Assembly: GCA_000165425.1 (NCBI GenBank)
Contig: CT868241.1
Span: 62,001-126,000, forward strand
Direction of reading: 5' to 3'
Origin: Paramecium tetraurelia
Taxonomy: Eukaryota
Length of the DNA stretch: 64,000 nucleotides
Made by a program: the position numbers and the translations under genes. Under the pieces are notes generated by a model that was not told where the DNA came from, searched no databases, and saw nothing but the letters and a program-made list of their open reading frames with translations. The number at the start of each line of letters is the position of its first letter. Position 1 is the stretch's first letter. Below, one piece after another: positions 27,688 to 40,382 of the stretch.

Positions 27688-27846
27688 ATGAATGCCAAAG
27701 AGGTAATCCCAAGAAATGGTTAAGTGTTTTCAGAAAAGCCACAATTTTCAGAAGTGTTATGCAAACCAAAAATAATGCCAATAAAGTCATTCACACTTCT
27801 TAAATTAGAATAGCTGGAATAATAAGTAAATGAACAAAATAAATGA
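27688..27846 (+). CDS. BBIP1: BBSome-interacting protein 1 (BBS18), 52 aa
   Basis: MNAKEVIPRNGQVFSEKPQFSEVLCKPKIMPIKSFTLLKLEQLEQQVNEQNK*; matches the BBIP1 core EVLPKQG...VLCKPKLLPLKSLTLEKLE. Confidence 0.88.
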
Positions 27847-27962
27847 GTATGATTTTTTTCAGATATTAAGAAATCTAAATAATTAAGATTATTTAAAGAA
27901 CTATTATGGTTTTATATAATTATAGAATATGCAATTCTAAGTTATTTATTATATTAAATTTG

Positions 27963-28659
27963 ATGTTACCCAAAGGGAACCTTGAAAATAAAATTCAGTA
28001 GCTTAGTTAAGAAAATGTTGAATTGAAATAGACATTAGCTGATCTGAAGTATTGTAATAAAGAATATACTTTAGATTTGAATATGAGAAATAGGTTCTAT
28101 TGTGCAAGGTAGCATAAGATTAGAAAAACGAGTATGATAGACTCTTCCAATAAAATCAGTTATTGAATCAAGAGCAAAAACAATTGTAGGATGAGATATA
28201 GCATTTGAAGAATTAGATAAAGAAGCTCGAGTATGTAATTACACAACTTAATAGAGTTAATGCATAACAGTTATAGAATCATTATCAATTGATGGAGGCG
28301 AATTCAATAAACATTTAATAGCGTAACCAAGAGTTGGAGAGAGAATTAGAAACTTTTAAATAAAAAGCATTATTTATAATACAAGTAAATCGTTTATCAA
28401 TTAAAAGGCGAAAACTATAATTGATAATAATAAACAATACTGCTAGTTAACTTTGGAATGGGAAAAGGACATATAAAATCTGCAATTATCGTATAGATAA
28501 GAGAATGATAGTTTGATATTTGATGGTTATGGGGAAAGTGGGAATAAAAAAGTAATTTATCAATAGATCCATAATTTTGCGAAGAAAGGTCTCATACAAA
28601 ATTAGAAGCCATTGATATCCTTGAAACAATCGCAAATGAAAATGACTTTTGAAGTTTGA
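27963..28659 (+). CDS. Hypothetical coiled-coil protein
   Basis: MLPKGNLENKIQQLSQENVELKQTLADLK..., short introns, ends QMKMTFEV*. Confidence 0.6.
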
Positions 28660-28694
28660 AATTTTATAAATCAAATTAAATTATTTAATTCTGG

Positions 28695-31600
28695 ATGAAT
28701 AGAGTAATAACATTTGGGTTTGCCACATATGAATCATTGGTTTAAAAATTGAATAGTGTAGAGAATGCGAGTAGTCTCTTCCGATTGTATGAAGAAAACA
28801 AAGAATCATTTAAACACGAACATGTAGTGTTATCTTTGAGAGTGCTGGGCAGATTTAGCCGTTAGATTCAATCAGACAATAACATCTCTGAAATTACAAG
28901 CAAATTGAATGATATGGTTGGTCAATTGTCAGAATATGGTATTTAATCACTTAAATTCAGATGTTGTGGATGTATTATTTTGGCTAAGAAAATTCAGATC
29001 AAATAGAATACCAACGAACATCACCAATCAAACCCAAAACTAGTTATTTTAGCGAGTTTAATAGATGACTGACAATTAAATGTTTTCATTTAGAAACATG
29101 TGCAACATTTACTTTGATTTATCAACTCTAAACCATTATAATGAGACTCTTGTTAAATCTATATCAGAACAAATGTTAAAATCTAAATAACTGTCTCCAT
29201 TCCTCATAACCCAATTGCTGAGCACTGTAACCATCAAAATAAATCATTGCAATCTCTCTAAATACGATTAAGTAATCCTCACCAATTCCATCAAACTATT
29301 AGATGATCTATTAGACAGCTTTGATATTGAATAAGTATTCAAAATAATTAATATCATTTAGAAATCCCTGTTATTTAAGGTTTGTGCTGAAGTACAATTT
29401 TAAAACCTTCCTCCTAAATTCTATTTGCCAATCTAAGTCAAAAAGATCAAGGATTAATTATTAGAGAAAGCGGTATAGCTCCCAGAAGAGTCGGTTATCA
29501 ATATTTTCAGGGCCTATGACTATCTTCCAAGATAATTCGAAGTCGATCTCCTAAGGGAATTAAAAGATAAGATTTTGACTACTTTGGAATTGAACCCATC
29601 CAATTTATCTAATAGATTCTTGATTTAGATTGCAGAGAGAATGATTAAGATGACCAATCAGAGAATACCTTAAGATGCAATCAAAAAAGTACTAATTGAA
29701 GTGTGTAGCAGAATTTCGAATAAGACTATCGATGCTTCATCAATGAGTTCATTGATAATGGCTTTAATGGAATACAAGAAAGTAGATGAAGTACTCAAAA
29801 CCCTTTAAAACGTCGAAGATAAAAACATTAAAGTTTTGAATTACTTATTTATTAATGGGATTAACTTGAAGGAACATGTGGACAAATTTATGCAAAATTA
29901 TGAATCTAAAAAGATCCCTTTCAATTTGGCAGTCTATTATACTGTGTATGCTAATAGAGATGCAAAGGAACACTTGCTAACCCTCATTACAGTAATCAGA
30001 GAGTAAATCGAAAATTATCCACTGTAAGCCTTAAAGACACTGAAAGACAACGAACTCAATTTTGAAATCAAATATCAACTTCAAGAGGAAGCCTATATGA
30101 AATTGGTGGAATGTGTATAAACACAAAAATTTGATTTCCTTAGAGTTTGCAGTGAATTAATTAATTGTTGTTGCAATGCTAAGTGTAGAGAGGCTCTCAT
30201 TAATCTATATGATGAAATATTTTATCTGGTGAATATTAGATAGATCATGTAAAGACTAGTTTAAGAAGGGGATTCATTTGATTCTGAATCGCTTTCCGTC
30301 CTTATTTATATTTTTTAAAAGGATCCAAAAAGTATCCCAATTTAAAAATTTGTTGATTATCTGACACTTAACTCACACAAATTAAGAGAACTCATCAAAA
30401 GCGATCAAATCTAAAATGTCACAAAATTATTGGTTAGTGCCTATTATACATAACCGGAATAAAAACAATATTCAATTGTCAACTTTGCAAATAGATTTGA
30501 GATTGCAGGATATCATAGTAAATTTGTTACTGCTGCAATCAGGAAGATTTCAGAATAATTCAAAAGGAATAATCCTTATTCTCCATTTCCAGACCCTATG
30601 TTTGTTTATTTACTTATCGATCATAATATATTGAATCCTGAAGAGGCTGCTATTCAATTAAACAATGAAAATTTTCATCATTAAATGAAAGTTCAATTAT
30701 GTGGTATTGCATTGTCAGCCGAAAGGGCTCCTTAGAATGTGTAAGAGTTAGGAGATAAAATTAAAGAGGATTGCTTCAAGGCTTTGGAGAAGGAAGTCAA
30801 ATATTAAACAGTATTGGAATTGATCACCTTAGGTAATTTATCACCTTAGGAATTGCTTAGTATCTGTACTACTCTATAAACACTTTTGCCTTACTTGTCA
30901 ACTAAATAATATTTTGATCTAATCATGTTTGCCAAAGACCATTTCATTTTAAGGGAGTTGTCATTATACTTCGGGGAATTTTCTAGAAAACTAGGTATCA
31001 ATCGAATCATAAGAGTTGCCGATAAATTTGCAAGATTCTAAATCTATTCTAGATCAGCCTTCAATGTTCTCCTTGAAACTTATGGATATTCATTTTATTC
31101 GGTTTACAATGAATAAAGAATATAGATTTTAGAAATCTTCTCCTTAGCCAAAATCAAATAAGCTGATCTATTCAAAAGAACCCTAGAATTGATCAAATAG
31201 CGACCTTCAGCATATAAAAACTTTTATTTTGAAATTATTGATAGTGCCAACATTCTAGGATTTGTTGAGTCAGAATTCGTTGATCTCATTAATTCAATAA
31301 TAGATAAAACACAATTGTCAAGAGTTACTGCACTCAAATTGATGTAATATTATGTCCTAGCAGATCAACCTATTGAAGAGATCGAAAAGATTGCAGAAAA
31401 TATAGTTGAACCTAAATATAGAGACTCTTTTAAGAGTGCTATGGTCTATGAATTAATGCTCAGGAAATATCCAAACTCACCTGCTACCAGATTGAACGAG
31501 AACTTCCTCAGTGATGAGATATTCTCAAAGGCAAGGTTCTAAATTGCCTATGCCAATCAAATTCCTTCTTTTTAATTTTAATACTGTGTCCAATTTCTAA

Positions 31601-32077
31601 ATTTATTAGGTATTCAATTCGAAAGTAATAAGAGAATTGATGGTATTAATGTTCAATTGTACTTGCCTTCAATGTAATTATCCTATACTATAAATTAAGT
31701 GAATCATCTCTCTTTATAGCTAGTTAAAGTTCATTATGCTTCGATTATTAAGAATTGAATGGATTCGGACTCTTGTAAGTAAAATTGATGTAAACCCTCA
31801 CAAAATAGGTTATTGTCCTTAATTTTAAATAATTCATCTTATTTCAATCCGATGAAGAAAGAATAACTTATTTGAAGGATTTAGGTATTTCACTCCCATT
31901 CATTATTAAGGCTTGCCAATCACAGTTGATCTAGCCACAGTTGATTACAGTACTCTAGAATTACATTGTAATATTGAATAGGATAGACTTCCACACCAAT
32001 TATCCAAACAACATCAAAGAAGGTAGTTTGGAGTATAGAATTATCTTCAAGATTTTTAACAACTTGATAAGGAATGA
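28695..32077 (+). CDS. Mitochondrial helical-repeat protein with C-terminal RAP-like domain (FASTK-like)
   Basis: Presequence-like MNRVITFGFA; about 1000 aa Leu-rich helical region; C-terminal ELNGFGLLQVKLMQTLTKQVIVLNFKQF...EERITYLKDLG resembles a RAP domain. Confidence 0.6.
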
Positions 32078-32250
32078 AAGTATCACAGTTTAAAATTATA
32101 AAAATCATATTAATTTAGTCTCCCTTTATTTTCATTGTACAATCACAATCCTAATTATTGGTGTTATTGCCATGTCTACTGGCTTACCAGTTGGACATAT
32201 CATGAAAATTAGCATAATTCGCTTTAAATTATATATTTTGCATTTATAAA

Positions 32251-32679
32251 TCATGAAAATTTGATATCGTACTTTCTTTATAGCACTTATTATCCAATAT
32301 GATCATCCAATTGAGTCAACCGCTATTGTAGTTTGTATATTTCTTTTTCCAAATCTAAATTATCATTCCTGATATTTTCCAATTATACGATCTGATCCTC
32401 CATCTCATGATTATATTCCACAACCTGTCTTTAGAGCATCTATTTGAGTTCAAGAATTTGAGGTTCAATTTCATTTTGAATGTCCTGACTTTATGAATTA
32501 ATTAATTGATTCATATGGGAAAGATCATCCTACAGCAATTCACTTTCTTATTTATAGATTCCTGTCAACTCCTTCATTTTTAGAATGTATAGCGAATTTG
32601 AATGAGCAGAATCAAAACAGGTCAATGTATTGATTGGTCTAAGAGTTTCTCGTTTTGTAAAAACATCATTCTATTTCAT
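32251..32679 (-). CDS. Hypothetical coiled-coil protein (142 aa)
   Basis: Intronless MKQNDVFTKRETLRPINT...EKEIYKLQQRLTQLDDHIG...KFS*. Confidence 0.65.
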
Positions 32680-32751
32680 AGATATAAAATAAGTTATATA
32701 ATATAATTCATTAACAAACTAAATAGTTTATAAAAAATGAGTTAAATAAAA

Positions 32752-34367
32752 TCAACATTCAGAGGAAGCAAATTCACCATCTGCATCTGATATGATTTTT
32801 GTGAGAGGCTCTATGAAGGTTGAAGCCAGCTTTGATACTACGGATGTTAGAACACATTTATAAGTAATTGTCTAAGATTCTCATTCTCATTCTGCACTAC
32901 TCTAACCTTTTTTCTTAATTCTTCAAAAGCATCTTGCAACGGTCCTATTTTTTCAAGAGCCTCTCTCTTTTTCCTTTGAGCTTCATTGGCAGAATTTCTA
33001 TTCCTTCTGATGCATTGGCACTTCTTGCAATTGCAATTTTCCTCTCCATTGTATACACATTTATTTTTTAGCCTCTCAATCATCTTTAAATAATAATTGG
33101 AACTGTTTTTGACTGGTTCTGCTTCTTGTTTCCCATTTACTTAGACCATATCGATCATTTGATTCTCCAATTGCAATAGCTTAGGCAATATGTATAAGAT
33201 AGAACTATTCAATTAATTATGTATTTTTTTGGTTTTTATTATAAATTCTGACAAATCGATTGCTGAGTTGCTATCATCAAAAAATATAGAGGTCGCTTTT
33301 TTCAAGAAATCTTAGGTTGTTGCTTTGAAACTACCCATAATCATAAGATACTAAATTAAATAACAGTTCGTACTTCTTAAAAGATTGTGTCGTTATGTAA
33401 CTGGGCTGTTTCTTTTACAGTATTTTCAACTATGTTAAAGATTAGATTTGGTTTCTTAAAGAAACTATTCAGCAGGAGTGTGTAATGATTAAATTAAACA
33501 AAAAACTAATCTGTCGTTAACTGCTATTACTGTTAGCTCAATATTTTATATATGAATGTGCACCAAACATCTTCTGACTTTTTAACCACCAATTGATGCA
33601 ATTGATAGAAGCTCAGCTATTAACTCACTTATTTGTGTGATGAGATCTGATATTGATATAGAGAATTATAAAAAATATCGCAAAAGTCATCTCTGAATAA
33701 TAAGAATTGATAAAGATATTTCATATTGACACATCTTCTATCCTAGATTTAATCTTATGATAGCATTAAAATGTACCTTTATCAAATTAAACAAGGGATG
33801 ATCTCAACAGGAGAGAGAGAGTTTTGAACAATGAATTGCTCATAGTTATGTTCATTGGTTAATTTAAAAATTAGGATTTTAGAATTCCAATATAATTTCC
33901 TTCACATTTTATTGAATCCAACCCATGAATAATCAAATTGCCCAATACATTGAGGAAATAAGGTAGATGATGATCGATTTAATTCCTAATGATCACTGTT
34001 TCTCGTCTCAGCACTAATTGTTAGTAAAATTATGTTATTCTGTTTTGAATGTCAATCAAGGGCCAACTTTATCTAATTTAATTACTAAAACATCTTACTT
34101 ATCACCAGCGTATAAACCAGGCTGCGAAACAAATGAGAGTAATTACTGCTATTTGCTAATCTAAACATGGTTTTTAAATTAATTTACTTCTTGATTTTAT
34201 CTTTGTACCTATTCCTCCTATTTGATTTTCTCTAATTCTTATTGCTTGAGTATGGCTTGGAAATAGAGTTATTGTATAGAATTCATTGTGTTTAAATAAA
34301 TTTTGAATCCAGATTCAGAAGAAAACTCACTTTTATTAAGGGAATCATGCGTATTATTAATATACAT
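32752..34367 (-). CDS. Protein with C-terminal bZIP domain (apparent 1-nt frameshift near the 3' end)
   Basis: MYINNTHDSLNKSEFSSESGF...; CNCKKCQCIRRNRNSANEAQRKKREALEK plus zipper; intron near 33351-33373. Confidence 0.75.
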
Positions 34368-34701
34368 AGTTATTTACATTCAATTAAAAAATTGTCATTA
34401 ATTGAAACTCAATATCTCGTCATCTTTGATAATCGTGATATTCACATTCTAATAAATAATAAAATAATTGATGACTCAAGCAATGACGATATTATAATAT
34501 TAATTTTTTACAACTAAGGGTTATTATTAATATGAAAAATGAGTAGTTTAATTATCTAATATATACCCTTCGAATAACTACTTTATTTAGAATTTTTTAA
34601 GCTAAAGCAAAGGCCTTCTAAAATTATTCAATTCTAATCATCTGATCATATGAATACCACAATACAACAGAAGAAGGGCTAATTAATATTCTTTTGATAT
34701 C

Positions 34702-34735
34702 TTTGATTGTATGATATATTTGATTGTATGATATA
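34702..34735. repeat. Perfect 17-bp tandem duplication (TTTGATTGTATGATATA x2)
   Basis: Read directly in intergenic DNA. Confidence 0.85.
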
Positions 34736-35183
34736 ATAAAAAAAATGCTACCGCGCTAAAAAATTTAAATTTCTCATAATTTTATATTAATATAGAAATA
34801 TATTACAATTATACATGTAATTATTAGAAAACAAAAAAAACGCAATATTATAATGCTTTATGTCGTAAGCTCAAAGTCAATTTAAAAAATTGATAAATTT
34901 TAAATAGAAAGGAAAAACTCCAGAATAATTGGGAACATAAAGTAATAGAAACATATGTTGGTTATTTTGATATTTTGAGAAAAGAGGACTGAAGGATGCA
35001 ATAAGGATATCGATTACAAAAAGGAGACAATGTTAGGAATTAGAAAGTATATTAAAAATATTATTACACTTTTTTCTCATCTACTGGTAATTTATTTTGT
35101 ATTACATCAAATGTTTTGAATTAACATTTTCTCATAAAAATAACAAAGACAAAATTTTAATTCACAAACTATATTGTTTTGTT

Positions 35184-35582
35184 TCAATGTACTTTTCTAA
35201 TGATGATTTCCGGTGATAAAATATTCATCCTTAATTATTTGTATAATTGCTTTTCGTAAAGTGTTTCAGTATTTTGACCAACTTTATTTAATCTCTTTTT
35301 TGGACGGTGCTTTCTATTCTGTTAAAATTGCTCCGAACGAACAATTTCCCTTGAGTAGACAACAGAATTTTGGAAAATTTGGTTTTCAGGAATTCCCGTG
35401 TGTTCTTTGACTTCTAATTCACCTAAATTATCAGATTATTCAGTTAATTCATTCGAAAGACAACAATAGGGTTTCTTGGGAATAGGTTCATCACCAACTG
35501 TGCGAATAGCTCCTTCCTATTCTGGAGAGTCAAAATCATTTGATTCTTTTACATTTTTTATTGATTTGCAAGATGATCCCAT
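35184..35582 (-). CDS. Small hypothetical protein with N-myristoylation/palmitoylation-type N-terminus
   Basis: MGSSCKSIKNVKESNDFDSP...ILSPEIIIRKVH*, 132 aa, intronless. Confidence 0.6.
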
Positions 35583-36661
35583 ATTAATATTAGAATTAAT
35601 TTAATAATGTCGTATTATGTGAGTAATTCCCCTCAAAAAGAGATAAAGCGATTCAATTATTAACTTATTAAACCTTAACAATGAAAAGCTCGAGATCTAA
35701 GGGATTTAGATCTTTTAAATATTTAAAATAAAATAAGGTAAATTTACAAATTTTATTTAGATGACTAATATTTTATTTTATACTAATTTATTTGATTAAT
35801 TAAAAACTTTCGGTTCTTTTAGAATTTAAGTAATTCATACAGATGATATTAAAAAATATGACAATATATATTCCATAAAAGTAATCTTATTATGGTCTTA
35901 AAGTCATATCATTATTGCTACTAAAATTGCTAAATTTTCTTTTATCTTAAATCAATTAAAAGCCATTATTAATAAGACATACACATGTTACAGTTTATTC
36001 TCAAAAATCGCCTAAGAATAATAACTGGATCAATGAACTTCATCTATATAAACCGATAGCAATGCGGGTAAAAATAGTTTAATACCCCAATTTCCAAGCA
36101 ACCTTTTAAATTAAGACTATCTTATCGCAAGAAGATCCTTTGAATGAATTATTATAGATAAAGTATAAAATACTGAATTTCTATAAATAGAAATTAAATA
36201 AAGAAAGTTTAAACAGTAAGTTCCATAATCCAAATTTGTTATAACATATAATCAGAATATATTGTAATGAAAAAGATACATTTGGATCAATAAAATTGAA
36301 GTAATTTACCTTGTGATATTCAAGTCCTATTGCTAATAAATCTATTATACTTTTTTCCATAAGAATACAGATGTTATGAATTCAGTAAATATCCTATTGT
36401 CTAAATCACTACCTAGTGATACCAGTGCAAAAAAATAAGGAGAAAACCTAGATGAGAAATGAATGGTTTTTCTAGTTGCAAATGTAACAATTACCAAAAT
36501 AAAATTGAATAAAAAGACTTCAAAAAAATTATAAATAATAAATTAATATTATATTGAAATTCTTTAAATTTTTTATTAATTTATTTAATTAATGAAAGAT
36601 TTACATTCTAAATTAAAGGTTGTTTTATAAAATGCAGATATACAAATAGTAATCATGAATC

Positions 36662-37297
36662 TCAATTTAATAATTATGATAACCATTTAAAACCTTCAGC
36701 ATAGCCTACTTTATTTGCTACACTGCACATAAATACATCGACAGGTCTTCCATCAATTTCCTTAATGTTTTTTTTGTTAATTTGTTGTTTAGCGTTTATT
36801 CCTAAAGCCTATCTCAATTCCTCTTCTGGCATAGCTCCTGGCTTGTCAATTTTATTCCCGAAAATTACAATTGGGACCTAATTGAAATATTTAAATGTCA
36901 TAATACTTATGCTAATTCTGCTGTATTTAAAATTTATTCCAACTCATATCTGCTCTCCTTCAATCTATTTTAATCTGTAGAATCAACAAGGTAGATAATT
37001 CCATCAACTGTAGGGAAATAATTCTTCCAAGTCTTTCTAACTATAGGGTGGCCACCCAAGTCAAAAGCTTTGAATCTAACATTTCCTAGAACCAGTTCTT
37101 CTGCATGTGGATGTAATGTTGGTTCATGTTAGACCATTCTATCATCTTTCAATCTTCTCAAAAGAGTTGTCTTGCCTGCATTATCGAGACTATAAAAATA
37201 TTATAAATTTAAAATACCCTAAAAATAAAATCTTAGCATTCTTTTTCCAGATACCTAAGTTTCCCAAAAGACTTTTCACCATATTCACAATAAACAT
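36662..37297 (-). CDS. SAR1: SAR1 COPII small GTPase
   Basis: [43 protein letters not shown]...[11 protein letters not shown]; two introns. Confidence 0.96.
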
Positions 37298-37635
37298 CTG
37301 TATTGTACTATTTAAATTATTGAAACAAATGAAAAGAAATCAATTTGGATTTGAATCATTTTTTTATTGAATAATAATCGAACACATCATTCTTGTAATT
37401 TTGATTAAATGTTGAATTTATTTCACTGTTGATTTATTTTTATAAAAATTCCCTTAGAATGGATAAAAATTGATACATATCTTAATTAATACCTAAATAA
37501 TTAAGAATACTTAGAAATCAGAATTTTCGAAACATAAAATCAAAAATGTTTAATTAATGTGTAATAGTTGAAAATTTGTTAAATATATAAAAATCAAAGT
37601 AGTTCCATAAGTTGTATATTGCGAGTTAATTTTAC

Positions 37636-37899
37636 TCATCTGAGGTCGTCTTCATCAGTTTCTTCCTCGATAGATATTAAACTATCGTATTTGTTTTAGT
37701 TTTTCTTTTCGGATTGTCTAATCTTCCCAAGCTTTTATAGAATGAACTTGGAAATTTAGTCCAAATTCATCTCTACATCAGGATGTACATTCTAATTGAG
37801 GATGTACTCTTTCATATAGGTTTTCTCTTGATCACTGATGATTTGGAGATCACAAAAATTTTTGAGAGTTTAAAATGCCAATTTGTAATAGGTTTGCAT
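37636..37899 (-). CDS. Small hypothetical protein (87 aa)
   Basis: MQTYYKLAFQTLKNFCDLQIISDQEKTYMKEYIL...SIEEETDEDDLR*. Confidence 0.6.
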
Positions 37900-37956
37900 T
37901 TTTATAAAATGTATTTAATTTAATATATAAGTTAACCTCAAATAATCTTATTTAAA

Positions 37957-39693
37957 TCATAATGCATCAGATTGTTATATTACCTGAGCAGTAAATTAAA
38001 GATTCCCATATTAAATTTAAATTATGGTGTCTGATTTAATTTTGGAGCTTAATAAATCATGTTGACTAACCACGACATTGGGGAGTTAAAAGTGCACTTA
38101 AGTATGATGATACTATATATTACTTTAATTTTATTTACAATAATTCTTCAATTCATTGATACCAACAAATTGAGAACATCTAACACCGCTTTAATCTTTT
38201 TCGATGGAATAATATTTGACTTCCACAAAATATTCACAACTCAAAGCAATTAAGGTATTTAATATGATAAAATTACTTAGAAATATGTATGCAGGTATAA
38301 CAACATATGGTAATATAAATCCATGCTTTGAATACATTGGTTCAACTATATTTCCCCAATCTATTACTGTAATATCAAATAATACCATCCAAAGTCATGA
38401 TTTAAACAAGAGTGTAGAAGGAACCCCAAAAAGATGAAAAATACTCCTATTCTTTTAATCCAGTGTATGCATAATAATTCGATGTCAAAATGCTGGCAAT
38501 GAACATTATAATTCCAAAGAGTTCTGCAAATTATGGCATCAGCAAAGGTACCATGGCAATAGTTCCAACAAAAATACCTTTGACAGATGGTGTGGTGGCT
38601 ATCTTTAGTAAATTCAGTAAACAACCGATTTCAAGGAAAATAAATGAGCAAATTAGGGATAAAGGACTAAAGTGTAAGAACTATTTAGTTACCCAGCTAT
38701 GAAATGCAAAAACATCATTGTTTTGTTTTTCCTCTCTAAATCATAAATTGGTCCCTTCTTAAACATCAAAATTATAAAATGTATTGTATATATGCCATCA
38801 TCTATCAATTCTATTGCTAATTCAATTGTACTGTCGCCATGATCAAAGTGTTCAAGTATTGATATAAATATCCCACCAAAACTTATTATGAATACTATGT
38901 ATTGATAATAGTTGCCAATCATGCATTTATCAAATAAATTCTATTCCTTGACCAATTCAGATAATATTTATTGTTAATTGATTTCATAATTAAATGGATC
39001 ATCTAAATGATTACCTTTTTTCTCAAATTATAGTGTCTCTATCAATATACCCATCATTATATTTAAATAGAAATATGTCATAAGTAGAATATATATACAC
39101 AATATAAAATATCCAAATAAATCATCTGTTTCCCTTCCTATTTAACCCCAATCATCCAAACTCAGGGCCTAAACAAATGTAAGCACTGATCTCCCAAATG
39201 TGCCATAAAAGATTGCCACCTCATCATCATCAGAATCATCATAATAGGCAGTGGTGGAATAGGCACATACACATAAAACAAAAAACATAGTGATTGCCAA
39301 ATTTGTTATTTCAGACAAAACCAACTTAATTTCTCTTATCATTCTTTATGAAAAAGGGAATGTTAAAATATCAAGGCTCATAACTATTTAAGAAATCCCT
39401 AATAAATTGTACTCAACAAATATATTCGCAATGCTTAAGGTCAAAGCTAAAATTGTTAGCACTAACCCTAATAAATGCTTTCTGTTATTTATCAGCATCA
39501 ACATATAAATCCCAATAAAAAATATATTTTCCCCATAAAACGTGAAAAATGTACCAAGATAAAATACAATCATCAGTATTGCTTTGAATTTTTGACCAGC
39601 ATTCATTGGTTTCTATTTAATTTCCTCTTTAGGAGAATTTTGTGTTGAATCGTGTTAGACATCATATTCGGTCAACTCTGTTTCTAATTACAT
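37957..39693 (-). CDS. Two-repeat (2x6TM) cation channel with SLDDW/TLDDW filters
   Basis: Pore 1 FYGTFGRSVLTFVQALSLDDWGQI with S6 YLNIMMGILIE; pore 2 YFSSFWGSFYTLVQIMTLDDWGNIVEPM (after a 25-nt intron, 38361-38385) with S6 FIILNTLIALSCE; about 555-560 aa. Confidence 0.85.
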
Positions 39694-40382
39694 ATACTTT
39701 ATTTATTAAATCATTAATGCACTTTATATTATCTATATAATTAATTATTTAACAACAATAATATTATTAACAGAATCTTAACAAGACCACAGTGTATAAA
39801 TCCAGATATCCTTCCTTAATTTATAAGAAATATAAATTTTTCATAAAAAAAGGATAGAATTTTGAGGTATTAATTATTCAAATTTCTTATTCAAATTTCT
39901 TATTTATAAAAAAATCCCTTAATTGTTAGTAATAACAATAATGGATTCTAATGGCATTTTTTAATTCTAGATTGAAACACTTTATTATTTTCTTTATATA
40001 TTATATAATTATTTTTAGAAGTAATTCAACATTAACTGCATTGTACTACTCTTTAATTATGTTGAATTCTTAGGTCCATTATAAAAATACTTTATTGAAA
40101 ATGTCTTAATTTTTGGATTTTAATAATGCTTTATAAAAGGTATTCATTAAACTGATTTTATAGTAAAAGATTTTTATTTATCATTTCATTTCTATTTTTA
40201 GTATTTTTGATTATTTAGTTATTTTTATTTCGATATTTTTAATCCACCTTTTAATCATTCTAGTTTAAGTACATAGATATAATGTTAATGAATAGAGTGT
40301 AATATTTTAGTTTTTACTTATGTATTCAAATCTTTATTAAAAATTGATATCATTTAATTTATATATTTTTATATTAACAATT

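Noticed and set aside
32165..32205. SECIS element hypothesis for the hairpin
   Set aside because: ATGA is present on the minus strand, but the matching GA on the 3' arm is absent and no in-frame TGA selenoprotein is evident
35900..36540. Hydrophobic coding-like fragments on the minus strand
   Set aside because: No clear start or consistent frame; may be a pseudogene but is unsupported
39874..39899. 13-bp tandem duplication TTATTCAAATTTC x2
   Set aside because: Ordinary slippage duplication in AT-rich spacer
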